DNA of 63,098 nt, taken from positions 1 through 63,098 of the forward strand of contig JBEEJO010000001.1 in NCBI GenBank assembly GCA_041169145.1, given 5' to 3'. This document shows, piece after piece, positions 25,035 to 34,027 of this stretch (positions within the stretch are counted from its first letter, which is position 1; each line of letters begins with the position of its first letter). The translations under genes and the position numbers were made by a program. The notes beneath the pieces are model-generated. The model was not told where the DNA came from. It searched no databases and saw nothing but the letters and a program-made list of their open reading frames with translations. The stretch is from Candidatus Parcubacteria bacterium. Its GTDB lineage: Bacteria > Patescibacteriota > Minisyncoccia > UBA6257 > 2-01-FULL-56-20.

Positions 25035-25328
25035 TCAGGCCCGAGCCGCCGGTCTGCCGGCCGTCTTCTTCGGGGACGGAACTCCGACGTTTTGCGCCGC
25101 ACGCTCCTGCTTCATCTCCCGGAACTGTCCGCTGAGCTTCCTCGTATGCTCCAGCATGGCGCCGTACTCCGGGCTATGCTCCACGCACGACTGGTGGTGG
25201 ACCTTGTTCTTGGGGTCGATCACCCGTTTGTCTACGGGATAGAAGACCCTCTTCCCACAGGTCGCACATTCGAGGTCGTCGCGCATGAGCTCCAAGAGCC
25301 CGCACCGGTCCAAATTCATCTGTGACAT
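25035..25328 (-). CDS. hypothetical small protein with CxxC pair
   Basis: 97-aa ORF (MSQMNLDRCGLLE...CATCGKRVFYP). No recognisable family. Confidence 0.35.
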   Translation of the reverse strand: MSQMNLDRCGLLELMRDDLECATCGKRVFYPVDKRVIDPKNKVHHQSCVEHSPEYGAMLEHTRKLSGQFREMKQERAAQNVGVPSPKKTAGRPAARA

Positions 25329-25498
25329 TCCGCTGCCCTCTTTCGTGTTCGTTCTTGTCAACGCACAGCCTCGCGAAAAGCCGTGCACGATGTGCTCTCA
25401 TCCGGCCACGCGTGCATGCGCGCGCGAACGGATGTCGCACATTATATCAGCGTGGATATTTTCAGTCAATTATCCAAGCTTGTGGAAAACTTCCTTGC

Positions 25499-25527
25499 TT
25501 GACATTCAAATTATCGTGTGCTATATT
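25499..25527 (+). promoter_or_regulatory. promoter TTGACA-17-TATATT with TGn extension
   Basis: Hexamers at 25499-25504 and 25522-25527. About 175 nt upstream of the 3D-domain gene start. Confidence 0.6.
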
Positions 25528-25703
25528 TTCATCAGCTCGTCTGTAATCCGTTTCGCTTTTCCCGGACATTAACATCTTTCGGGAGGTTATCGTTCGTTGT
25601 TCGGTCGCGCAGGGAAGCGCGGGCGTTCATTTTCGGGAAAAGCGAAAAAAAACTGAACACATCGCGAGCATATATTCACTCGCCACTCTATCGGAGGTCT
25701 CGA

Positions 25704-26192
25704 TTGCGAACAAAAAACCACGACGTAGAGGACCATCACACGCGGCAGGTCGTCCGGCTTGCTCTTTTTGCATTCGTCTGCATGCTCCCCCACTGTCGGG
25801 GCATAGCGCGCGCGGCGGACGTGAATGAACAGCCGGCGATCACTGTTCCGTACGTCGTTCACGAAGAAGTTCCCGCGCCACGGCTCGTTCTTATGGAGGT
25901 AACGCTCACCGGCTACTGTCCGTGCACGAAGTGTACGGGAAAGAATGGACCGTGGAACAAGCGGACGACCCGCTACGGAGACCTCGCCATCGTCTGCGAC
26001 GGCGTCGCGGCGGACCCTGGCGTCCTGGTACCGCGATCGCGCATCTACATCCCCGGCATCGGCTGGCGCGAGGTAGATGATATCGGCGGCGATATTAAAG
26101 GCCATCGGCTGGATGTTCGATTCCCCGACCATGAATCGGCGCTTCGTTTCGGCATTCACCGCAAGGTGATCGTCGGCGTTCTCGTCGCTTGA
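25704..26192 (+). CDS. secreted 3D-domain (MltA/RlpA-like double-psi beta-barrel) protein
   Basis: TLTGYCPCTKCTG...GVAADPGVLVPRSRIYIPGIGWREVDDIGGDIKGHRLDVRF. TTG start at 25704 preceded by GGAGGtctcga. The start is uncertain. Confidence 0.65.
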   Translation: MRTKNHDVEDHHTRQVVRLALFAFVCMLPHCRGIARAADVNEQPAITVPYVVHEEVPAPRLVLMEVTLTGYCPCTKCTGKNGPWNKRTTRYGDLAIVCDGVAADPGVLVPRSRIYIPGIGWREVDDIGGDIKGHRLDVRFPDHESALRFGIHRKVIVGVLVA

Positions 26193-26331
26193 TGTGTTCA
26201 TCATCTCCGCCCGGAGGATTTCGGTCCTCCGGGCGTGCGTATTTCTGCTCGTTGACTATGGGATTACCCGACGTATACTTCTGAGAACACAGCGCAGGGA
26301 CTGTAGCTCTTTCCAAGAAGGGAGGTATCCC

Positions 26332-26667
26332 GTGAGGCCAAGGCAGGAATATGTGCTTGCGTTCCTCGTTGCCGTTTTCTTTGCGATCGTAAACAGCGGC
26401 ATGGAGCAGGGCGCGTACAATTCCCCGCCCACGACAGCTCTTGCGAAGCGCGGCTCCGTCGAGACAGAACGTTCGTTCTCCGGCGCAACGTGGCTCATCG
26501 CGGACGATTCGACGGCGGAAGGGCGCAAGAACAACGAAGAGCTGCGCTACGCGATAACGTGGATAGCCACGAGGGCGTGCTGCGCCATCATCGCGCTTGC
26601 TGTCGGCATATTCATCCTGGCAAAGCGCTTTCCGCCGCTACCGCGAAATCCTCCTCCGCACATCTAG
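26332..26667 (+). CDS. hypothetical membrane protein
   Basis: GTG start preceded by GGGAGGtatcc. Two hydrophobic helices, followed by a strong terminator. Confidence 0.4.
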   Translation: MRPRQEYVLAFLVAVFFAIVNSGMEQGAYNSPPTTALAKRGSVETERSFSGATWLIADDSTAEGRKNNEELRYAITWIATRACCAIIALAVGIFILAKRFPPLPRNPPPHI

Positions 26668-26670
26668 AGA

Positions 26671-26703
26671 GCGGCCGATGTCCTTGTTCAGGACATCGGC
26701 CGC
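26671..26703. terminator. 13-bp GC hairpin between convergent genes
   Basis: gcggccgatgtcc-ttgttca-ggacatcggccgc. Confidence 0.6.
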
Positions 26704-26725
26704 TTCACGCATTCACGCGTGCATG

Positions 26726-27277
26726 CTATAACCGGAACTCACCGAGCACCGAATAGTCGGCGCCCGATGGCGATAATATTGACTCCATCAACACGAACGT
26801 CCGCGCCTCTTCCGTCCACAAAACCGCGTCGTTGATGTTTTGCGCCGAAAATTTCGGAAAGCGCGCCGGATCAAAACGTGCCACGGTCATATGAAGCCGA
26901 AACGGTTTTTTGTCCGCATTTCGCGTGAGCGCGCGCTCGATGGTATGTTTCGCGGTGAACAGCTGGTCCGGAGCTTCTCCCTCTGCCCAGATAAGCCGGG
27001 GCTCGCGAAGCGTCGGACCGTATCGCACGAGCGTGTAATTCATGGTGAACGGCCCGATCGATCCTTCGGCCATACGCAGAACGTCCAACACCGCATCGAT
27101 GTCTTCCTCCTCCCACGGCGGTATCACGGTCACATGGAGATTCTTCGGCGCCACCCACCGCACCGGGAGATTCCTATATTGCTTGCGCCACGCATAGACG
27201 GCGTCGTGGATGCCTTTTGAAGCAGGAATAGCAACAAACAGCCGGTGGCTCATGGACCCCATGCCGCCATCATACAC
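26726..27277 (-). CDS. thpR: RNA 2',3'-cyclic phosphodiesterase (2H phosphoesterase, LigT/ThpR)
   Basis: Two HxT motifs (LHVTVIPP, LHMTVARF) with the usual spacing. Confidence 0.8.
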   Translation of the reverse strand: MYDGGMGSMSHRLFVAIPASKGIHDAVYAWRKQYRNLPVRWVAPKNLHVTVIPPWEEEDIDAVLDVLRMAEGSIGPFTMNYTLVRYGPTLREPRLIWAEGEAPDQLFTAKHTIERALTRNADKKPFRLHMTVARFDPARFPKFSAQNINDAVLWTEEARTFVLMESILSPSGADYSVLGEFRL

Positions 27278-27297
27278 AACCGCAACGCCGAAACAAG

Positions 27298-27930
27298 TCA
27301 GGATACGATCCGCCGGACCGCAGGCACGAGCGTTTCTTCTTCCATTGTTTCAATGCGTTTCCGCTTGCGGCGCACTATATAGAACCCAGCGGCCAGCGCA
27401 ATATAGTTCGGGACCAAGATCACCGGATGTGACCATGGCATACCGTTGAAATGCCACGCGGAAAACGGCCAGAGTAAGGGCGTCGGATAAAAGTCGCTGC
27501 TGTGCGTGAACACGTCCATCGCAATATGCAAAAGCCATGGCGTCATCTCCCATATGAACGCGTAGCTCCGTTTCAGGACGAATTTCCGAAACGCCCAAAC
27601 GGCGAAGAATACGGCGAAGAATACGATGGCGCTATGCGTTACGCTGTAGATCTCGCGGGTCACCCAGAAGATGCCATTCGTTTCGGCTCCGATAACCTCC
27701 GCTTCGCGCGGGCGTATAAACTGTTCAGGTTCAATATGGCCGGAAAGGATGCCTCCGCCGAAAAGCAGAAACACGGGCGTGAACGCAATGAGGTCCGGCG
27801 CGAATCCCCAGAACGCCGAGAGGAGTGGATCGAGCTTTCGGACCTCCCCGTTCTTTTTCGTTCTGCGCAAACGAATATTCACCGATTTCGCGAGGAGCGC
27901 GCCCCACAGGCCATGAGAAATGATGTCCAT
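27298..27930 (-). CDS. membrane-bound metal-dependent hydrolase (YdjM/DUF457 family)
   Basis: MDIISHGLWGALL N-terminus, multiple TM helices, conserved His residues. Confidence 0.65.
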   Translation of the reverse strand: MDIISHGLWGALLAKSVNIRLRRTKKNGEVRKLDPLLSAFWGFAPDLIAFTPVFLLFGGGILSGHIEPEQFIRPREAEVIGAETNGIFWVTREIYSVTHSAIVFFAVFFAVWAFRKFVLKRSYAFIWEMTPWLLHIAMDVFTHSSDFYPTPLLWPFSAWHFNGMPWSHPVILVPNYIALAAGFYIVRRKRKRIETMEEETLVPAVRRIVS

Positions 27931-27983
27931 AGGTATTATGTGAAATCCGTCTCGATATCGATCAGTATAGCAAAAACATCACG

Positions 27984-28697
27984 TTACGCCGGAATCTCAT
28001 ATATCATGTCCTTCCGCTCGACCACGATCTTCCAGCCGTTCCGGCGGGCCGCGCGATAGAGAGCGCGATTCGGATTGAAACAAATAGGACGCTCGACAAG
28101 CTTCAAAAATGGGACATCGGATTCAGTGTCCCCCACGCCTACCGAGCCGCGCAGCGTAAGCCCCTCTTTTTCGATCGCGCGCTTCAGCACAACCGACTTG
28201 TTCAGCATGACCTCCGTATGCAGTCGTTTCCCCGTGAATTGCTTTGTCCGCTCATCGAGCTCGAACAGCATGCCGTATACCTTGTGAAATCCCATCTGCT
28301 TCCCGAAAGAACCGGCGATATATTTCGGCGAGTGCGATATGGCAAGCAGAAAATACCCCTGCCGGCGAAGCATATGCACCAGATCGCGGGTATATCGGTA
28401 GACCCGGTGGCGATGAATGCGGACGACTTGGCGCACAACACGCAGGAAATCGCGTTCGTGGATTCCCCGGAGGTGCCGGTCGAATGCCCGAATGACCGCG
28501 AGGATGTATTTGTCGTAGCCGTCTTTCCGGTCAAGCCAGCGCCGATATGCGCGGTCATAAACGGCGCGGGCGCTTTTGGGAAACACGCCGGCATGGATCA
28601 GCTCTTCCACAAGTTCTATCAACAGACTGGACCGGAAGATGGTCCCGTCGATGTCGAAAACGGCAAGTTTTTTGTTCTTAGCGGACGGTTGTTTCAT
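27984..28697 (-). CDS. HAD-IB family hydrolase (SerB-like)
   Basis: LAVFDIDGTIF (DxDGT motif I) and GVGDTESDVPFL (motif IV). ATG 28697 overlaps the end of nth. Confidence 0.75.
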   Translation of the reverse strand: MKQPSAKNKKLAVFDIDGTIFRSSLLIELVEELIHAGVFPKSARAVYDRAYRRWLDRKDGYDKYILAVIRAFDRHLRGIHERDFLRVVRQVVRIHRHRVYRYTRDLVHMLRRQGYFLLAISHSPKYIAGSFGKQMGFHKVYGMLFELDERTKQFTGKRLHTEVMLNKSVVLKRAIEKEGLTLRGSVGVGDTESDVPFLKLVERPICFNPNRALYRAARRNGWKIVVERKDMIYEIPA

Positions 28698-29343
28698 AGT
28701 TCGCCAATGGACAACGCGAGTGGTCCTTTGTTCTTGCGGTGCAATATGCCCGGCCATATTCAATGAGGCGATATGTGAGCCGGAACCATTCCTTCTTGGG
28801 AAACAACGCCATGAGATCTTGCTCTATGCGTTCGGGGTTCTCGTGTCGCGACAGTCCGAGGCGTCGCGCAAGACGCTGGACATGCGTATCGACAGCGATG
28901 CCCTCCACGATACCATACGCGTTTCCCAGGATAATATTTGCCGTTTTCCGCCCAACGCCGGGAATGGATATCATCTCATGCATCGTCATCGGCAGCTTCC
29001 CGCCGAAGCGGTTCTTCAGCATCTTTGCGGCCGCAAGGATATTCTTCGTTTTGTTCCGATAAAATCCGGTCTGCCGGATATCCCGTTCGAACTCCTTGGG
29101 TTTTGCGCGGACATAATCATCGAACGTGCGATACTTCTTGAAGAGTTCCGCTGTCACTTCGTTCACTTTTTTGTCCGTACATTGCGCCGAAAGTTCTACG
29201 GCAACAAGGAGTTCCCAATGGCTCCGATATCGAAGGACCATGTTCGCGTCCGGGAACAGACGTTTTAATCTCGCAAGGATCGTTGCGGCGCGGATCCTCT
29301 CGCGTGCCGAACCGGTCGCAGTGCGATGTGCCGGTTGTGTCAT
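28678..29343 (-). CDS. nth: endonuclease III
   Basis: HhH-GPD (IPGVGRKTANIILGNA, VDTHVQRLARRLGL) and a C-terminal FeS Cys cluster. The ATG overlaps the upstream stop (ATGA). Confidence 0.88.
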   Translation of the reverse strand: MTQPAHRTATGSARERIRAATILARLKRLFPDANMVLRYRSHWELLVAVELSAQCTDKKVNEVTAELFKKYRTFDDYVRAKPKEFERDIRQTGFYRNKTKNILAAAKMLKNRFGGKLPMTMHEMISIPGVGRKTANIILGNAYGIVEGIAVDTHVQRLARRLGLSRHENPERIEQDLMALFPKKEWFRLTYRLIEYGRAYCTARTKDHSRCPLANYETTVR

Positions 29344-29762
29344 TTGAATGTGATAAGGAGCGCACCGGCGACCATGAGTACCGTCCCGAGAATGGACCGC
29401 CACGTCAACTGTTCGCCGAGAAAGAGCGCCGCAAGCACAACGACGAAGACCAAGCTGAGCCGGTCAATGACCACTACTTTCGTCGCCAATCCATATTTGA
29501 GCGCGACAAAATAGAACAGCCACGAAAGCGCTCCGGCAATGCCGGATGCGGCGATAAGCTGCCAATCGCGTACCGTGAATGTTGCGGCGGAGAATCCGGA
29601 GAACTTTCCGAGTGCCACACTCACCGCCACCAAAAACACCGCCATAATGATGGACCGGACAGTCGTGGCAAGCGTTGGGTCAATGTTCTTCAGTCCTAAC
29701 TTCCCAAGAATGGCGACAAGCGCGGCGGTGATAGCAGAGAGAACGGCATAGAGAAGCCACAT
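29340..29762 (-). CDS. small EamA/DMT-family transporter half
   Basis: 140 aa, four to five TM helices. The LGKLGLKNIDP...ALKYG pattern is typical of EamA repeats. Confidence 0.65.
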   Translation of the reverse strand: MWLLYAVLSAITAALVAILGKLGLKNIDPTLATTVRSIIMAVFLVAVSVALGKFSGFSAATFTVRDWQLIAASGIAGALSWLFYFVALKYGLATKVVVIDRLSLVFVVVLAALFLGEQLTWRSILGTVLMVAGALLITFK

Positions 29763-29803
29763 GAACGTATTGTACCAAGTTGCGCGCCTATGCCAAAAAT
29801 CTC

Positions 29804-31006
29804 CTAGCGTCCCGTTCGTTCCAGATATGCACGCCGAACGGCGGCGAGATTGTCTTCGCGTATCCCCTCTCGTATGCGTTCCATGAGCTCATTAAAGAAA
29901 TAGAGATTGTGGATAGTCGCAAGCCGTCCGGCCCGCAGATCTTTACTGCGGAATAAATCATGCAATTCGCGGCGCGATACCTGTTCATCCGCGCAGGTCG
30001 GACATTCGCACCCTTCTGCGATCGGACCGCCGTCATCGGCATACTTCCCTTTTCCGCCGATATCCAGCCGGCCTTCTTTGGTCCACAGGGCGCCATGCCG
30101 CGCTTCACGCGTCGGAATGACGCAATCGAACGTATCGATGCCCGCTTCCACTCCGACAAAGATATCTTCCACTCTACCGATGCCGAGCAAATGCCGTGGC
30201 TTATTTTCAGGCAGGAGCGGAATGGTCCAGAGAAGTTCGTCGGCGGTCCGTTCGTGCGTATCGCCGAACGAGTTGCTGAATGCACCGCCGATGCCGAATC
30301 CCGCACAAGGCAGGTTTCCGATGTATCGCGCGCTTTCTTTCCGCAGATCTTCATATGCTCCGCCCTGCACGATGCCGTAAAGCGCCTGTTCCGACGTTTT
30401 TGCCTCCAATGATCGTTCGGCCCAGCGATGCGTCCGCTCCATAGCCGTGCGCGTATACGCCTTGTCGTGATGCGGCGAACTCGGTTCATCGAACGCGAAT
30501 ATGATATCCGCGCCGAGCTGTTCTTGAATCCTCATAGAAAGTTCCGCGTCGAGATACTGCTCCTCATCCGCGCCGGCAAATGTAGGATCGCGGAAATACA
30601 CTCCCGCTTCCGTGACTCGCACCATGCTTTCACCGGAACGGAATTCACGGCCAGTTTCGGAAGATATCTTCCCTACGGCATGTTCGCGCGACGCGCCGAA
30701 ACTGAACACCTGAAATCCGCCGGAGTCGGTCATGATAATACCGTCATTCCACTCCATGCCGGCGTGCAGTCCCGGATACGATTCAAGTCCTTCATCGCCA
30801 AGCTCCCGCCACAAATGGTAGGTATTCGCGATGGCTATCTGGGTTTTTGTTCTCGGAATATCCTCCGGCTCTACTGTGCGGATATAGCCGTTCGTTGCAA
30901 CGGCAACGTATGCCGGGGTTTCGGCAACGCGATCGTCGATCGCCAAACGACCGACCCGCGCGCGACTCTTTGAGTCGCGCGCGGTGATTTCGAACGACAA
31001 TGCCAT
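29804..31006 (-). CDS. tgt: tRNA-guanine transglycosylase (queuine tRNA-ribosyltransferase)
   Basis: TDSGGFQVFS, GIGGAFS..., zinc site CECPTCA...H. Confidence 0.9.
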   Translation of the reverse strand: MALSFEITARDSKSRARVGRLAIDDRVAETPAYVAVATNGYIRTVEPEDIPRTKTQIAIANTYHLWRELGDEGLESYPGLHAGMEWNDGIIMTDSGGFQVFSFGASREHAVGKISSETGREFRSGESMVRVTEAGVYFRDPTFAGADEEQYLDAELSMRIQEQLGADIIFAFDEPSSPHHDKAYTRTAMERTHRWAERSLEAKTSEQALYGIVQGGAYEDLRKESARYIGNLPCAGFGIGGAFSNSFGDTHERTADELLWTIPLLPENKPRHLLGIGRVEDIFVGVEAGIDTFDCVIPTREARHGALWTKEGRLDIGGKGKYADDGGPIAEGCECPTCADEQVSRRELHDLFRSKDLRAGRLATIHNLYFFNELMERIREGIREDNLAAVRRAYLERTGR

Positions 31007-31018
31007 ACGACGTCCGAG

Positions 31019-31504
31019 CTATTTCTGACCGTTCACCGCCAGCAGCTCAACATCAAACTGCAACGTCGCGTTCGGCGGAATAGGACCGGTGCCGCGTTCG
31101 CCATATGCGAGCTCCGGCGGGATGGTAAGCTTCCGCTTTCCGCCAACCTTCATACCTGCGACACCCAGATCCCAACCCTGAATGACCGCACCTGTTCCGA
31201 GCTTGAATTCGAACGGCTGGCCCCGATCTACCGAACTGTCGAACTTCGTTCCGTCGGTGAGCGTCCCGGTATAGTGAACCGAGACCGAATCCCCCGCTTT
31301 TGCTTCCGTGCCTGTTCCGACCACGACATCTTCTGTTTTAAGATTTCCCACTGCCTTATTGTATTGCGCGGCAAGTTCATCCGCGCGCTGTTTGGTTTCT
31401 TGCGCACTCCGCTCGGCCATGCGGGTGTTATAGTCACGGCCCAACCACAAAAGCGCCGCCGCAAGCGCGATGAATATAAGTCCTTTTATCGTGTTATTGG
31501 TCAT
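31019..31504 (-). CDS. FKBP-type peptidyl-prolyl cis-trans isomerase, membrane-anchored
   Basis: [60 protein letters not shown]. Confidence 0.9.
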   Translation of the reverse strand: MTNNTIKGLIFIALAAALLWLGRDYNTRMAERSAQETKQRADELAAQYNKAVGNLKTEDVVVGTGTEAKAGDSVSVHYTGTLTDGTKFDSSVDRGQPFEFKLGTGAVIQGWDLGVAGMKVGGKRKLTIPPELAYGERGTGPIPPNATLQFDVELLAVNGQK

Positions 31505-31529
31505 TGCGGCCGAGTATATCCTATATCGA

Positions 31530-31793
31530 TCACTTGTGCCAGCGCTTCAGCTGCGGGATAACCGCATGCGCGAGCACATTCGCCTGGTCATCGGACATCT
31601 TTGAACCTTTCGTCGCGTATTTGATGGAATGCGCGATCATCTCATCGAGGGTCATCGTGGGATTCGTGAACTGCCCTTTTTCATAGCAGAGCTTACACCA
31701 CTCCTTCGACGGAGCGCCGTCCGTTTCCGTGCCGAAGAACTCCTCGGTCATCCGCATTCCGCAACTTTGGCACCGTGGCTGGTTTTCGATCAT
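31530..31793 (-). CDS. zinc-ribbon domain protein (Zn_ribbon_2-like)
   Basis: CQSCGMRM...[12 protein letters not shown]. Confidence 0.6.
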   Translation of the reverse strand: MIENQPRCQSCGMRMTEEFFGTETDGAPSKEWCKLCYEKGQFTNPTMTLDEMIAHSIKYATKGSKMSDDQANVLAHAVIPQLKRWHK

Positions 31794-31854
31794 GGCAATA
31801 CCGTTTCAGACAACTTCGGCATTATAGCCCCTCGCCCCGCTCGGGACAACCGGT

Positions 31855-33639
31855 CTACGCAACTTCGCTATTGTAGCACGATTCACAGTAGACGATCTCT
31901 GGCCGGTCAGGGGCATAGGGCGTTTCAAACTCAACGGAGCACTTGTCCGATCCATGCGAATGTTTACCCGTATTAGTAAAACGCCCTCCGTCTGATCGTA
32001 ATCCGGAACATTGACAAGCACGATGCCACAGTCGATTCGGATTGCGCTTCGCAAGACGCTCATAATGACGGCAATTCGGACACAGTCGCGGGAGCGGCAA
32101 TCCGAGTCGCCGATAGTACTGAAGTTCCTCTGGAACAATACGGAAGGCAGTCGTACACATGTGCGCGCATGTGCCTCCATGACCGCATTCGATAACCTCT
32201 TGCGTGATGGAATCCGGCGCCGAAGCGCTCTCATCCGGAATATCGCCCAATCGCATCGTTGGCACATATCGCTTCTCTGCAGAATCACGCCAAGAAAATC
32301 CTTGAGCTAGCGCTTTTTCTTTCGAAAGCGGAAACTGCTCCATAGCAAAGGTCTCATTATAACCGAACGGCGAAAACTCTGCTGGGAAAAACTCGCCATA
32401 AGCGTATCGTCGCCCTCGGGCATCCACGTATGGCATGTCGCTCATCCGCGCGATGAGGCGTGGCACCATCATTTCGTATTCTTCTTTCGTATATTGTTTA
32501 TTGAGAATGCAGTATTCCTTGTTGCGAAGATTCACGCAACCGAAAAGATCGTGCGAACTGCGGCAGTTGTATGAATAGGTTATGTTGTAAGACTCCGAAA
32601 TGATGAGCGAACTTACGATATTCCGCGCATTCGAAAATATCGCCATTGAGTCATGAACGAGCTCTGCTTCGTGACCGACATGATTACTGCCGTAAACATC
32701 TCTCACATTCAGACCTCCGAGACAAAGATCCCGACAGTCTTCGCTTGGACCCATGAGCTCGAAACAATTATGACAGTTCTTCGCGTTCAATAGCTTATCA
32801 CCAGTACTTGCGGCCGATTGAGCGATAGAAGCGAATCGCCGGGGGAAGGACATAATAAGCTCCTGATATTTTGCCTCGAACTGGCGGCGGGTCACGACAT
32901 TATCGAGTCTTAATTCGGCAATTTTGTTCTCATACTCTTCTTTGGTATACGGAATATTCAAAATGTGATACTGCTTATGCCGCAATCCTATACAACCGAC
33001 ACAATGGCTTACATCCACGCAATCGTACAGATACGAAGAATCTGAGCTGTCCCGGACGAACTGCCCGTAAGAGACCCCGTAACAATTGGCGCTATCGATC
33101 AACTCATAACAGAGTTCCGTCTTCTCGGTCCAATGCACATCGGCACAATCTTTGCTATGAAAACAATAGGTCGAAAAGCGGCAATTTTCATTGAAGTCAC
33201 CGCCGAAAACGAGATAACAGCGATGATTGTCCGTCGTATAATTGCAGTAATCGCTTTCAACGGCATTCTCGTTGAACAATGAGAACCACGGCACATCCTG
33301 GACGAGGTCCCTGAACTGCGCCAGGAATGGGCGACTATTATCGACATCGCGTCCGTAATCTAAAGCGTTCCACTCATCACCGTTCCAGAATTTTCGGTCA
33401 TAGACGACGAGCGGGCTGTCCGGCGCGTACATCGAAATCATTTCTTCAGCGTGTCCCGGAGCCTGACAGGTTCGTTTGTGTAATGAGCGCTCATTGCGAA
33501 ATGCCATGCGACGCTGCATCCGGCACGAAATACACCACGTCGGCGGCGGCACTTTGATCTTCTCGTAGAACTGAAAATCCTCGGGTTCGATAATGAACGA
33601 ACCCTTACAATTCTGGCAGGTTCTTGTTTCGGAATTCAT
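31855..33639 (-). CDS. large cysteine-rich hypothetical protein with terminal zinc-ribbon modules
   Basis: 594 aa. The N-terminal CQNCKGSFIIEPEDFQFYEKIKVPPPTWCISCRMQRR motif is repeated near the C-terminus (FRIVPEELQYYRRLGLPLPRLCPNCRHYER). The central part is made of short Cys/Asn-rich repeats. Confidence 0.6.
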   Translation of the reverse strand: MNSETRTCQNCKGSFIIEPEDFQFYEKIKVPPPTWCISCRMQRRMAFRNERSLHKRTCQAPGHAEEMISMYAPDSPLVVYDRKFWNGDEWNALDYGRDVDNSRPFLAQFRDLVQDVPWFSLFNENAVESDYCNYTTDNHRCYLVFGGDFNENCRFSTYCFHSKDCADVHWTEKTELCYELIDSANCYGVSYGQFVRDSSDSSYLYDCVDVSHCVGCIGLRHKQYHILNIPYTKEEYENKIAELRLDNVVTRRQFEAKYQELIMSFPRRFASIAQSAASTGDKLLNAKNCHNCFELMGPSEDCRDLCLGGLNVRDVYGSNHVGHEAELVHDSMAIFSNARNIVSSLIISESYNITYSYNCRSSHDLFGCVNLRNKEYCILNKQYTKEEYEMMVPRLIARMSDMPYVDARGRRYAYGEFFPAEFSPFGYNETFAMEQFPLSKEKALAQGFSWRDSAEKRYVPTMRLGDIPDESASAPDSITQEVIECGHGGTCAHMCTTAFRIVPEELQYYRRLGLPLPRLCPNCRHYERLAKRNPNRLWHRACQCSGLRSDGGRFTNTGKHSHGSDKCSVEFETPYAPDRPEIVYCESCYNSEVA

Positions 33640-33652
33640 AACGAGGCGATTA

Positions 33653-34012
33653 CTATCCGACGCTGCTTCCCGGCGGGACTTCTTTTTCTACGCCTAAGAG
33701 GACCGGCGAACCGTCTTCGGCATGCGCGGCGAGCAACATTCCTTGACTCTCCAACGTTACGGCAGGCGTGCCGGTTTCGGCGTCGGCCTTCTTAATAGTG
33801 AACGTACGCGGATCAAGATTCGCTACGATAACTATCTCGCGGCCTACAAGCATCTCCGGCGCGTAGGCCTTTGCGATACCGGCGACGAGCTGCCGTTCGG
33901 TGTCGCCAAGGGAGATCTTTAGTTTCACCAGTTTCTCCGAACCTTCCACGCGTTCTGCGGCAAGCACTTTCGCGATACGAAGTTCTACCTTTTGGAACTC
34001 ATCGATGGTCAT
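33653..34012 (-). CDS. tRNA-binding domain protein (CsaA/Trbp111-like)
   Basis: FQKVELRIAKVLAAERVEGSEKLVKLKISLGD...LVAGIAKAY. Confidence 0.8.
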   Translation of the reverse strand: MTIDEFQKVELRIAKVLAAERVEGSEKLVKLKISLGDTERQLVAGIAKAYAPEMLVGREIVIVANLDPRTFTIKKADAETGTPAVTLESQGMLLAAHAEDGSPVLLGVEKEVPPGSSVG

Positions 34013-34027
34013 ACGGTGAATCCTATC

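Noticed and set aside
25528-25703. Assigning the 3D-domain gene leader to the c-di-AMP (ydaO) riboswitch class.
   Set aside because: The conserved ydaO boxes that I remember (GGGGACCCA, GGGUGAAUCC, CCGAACCCG) are not present. Only the generic observation of a long structured leader is retained.
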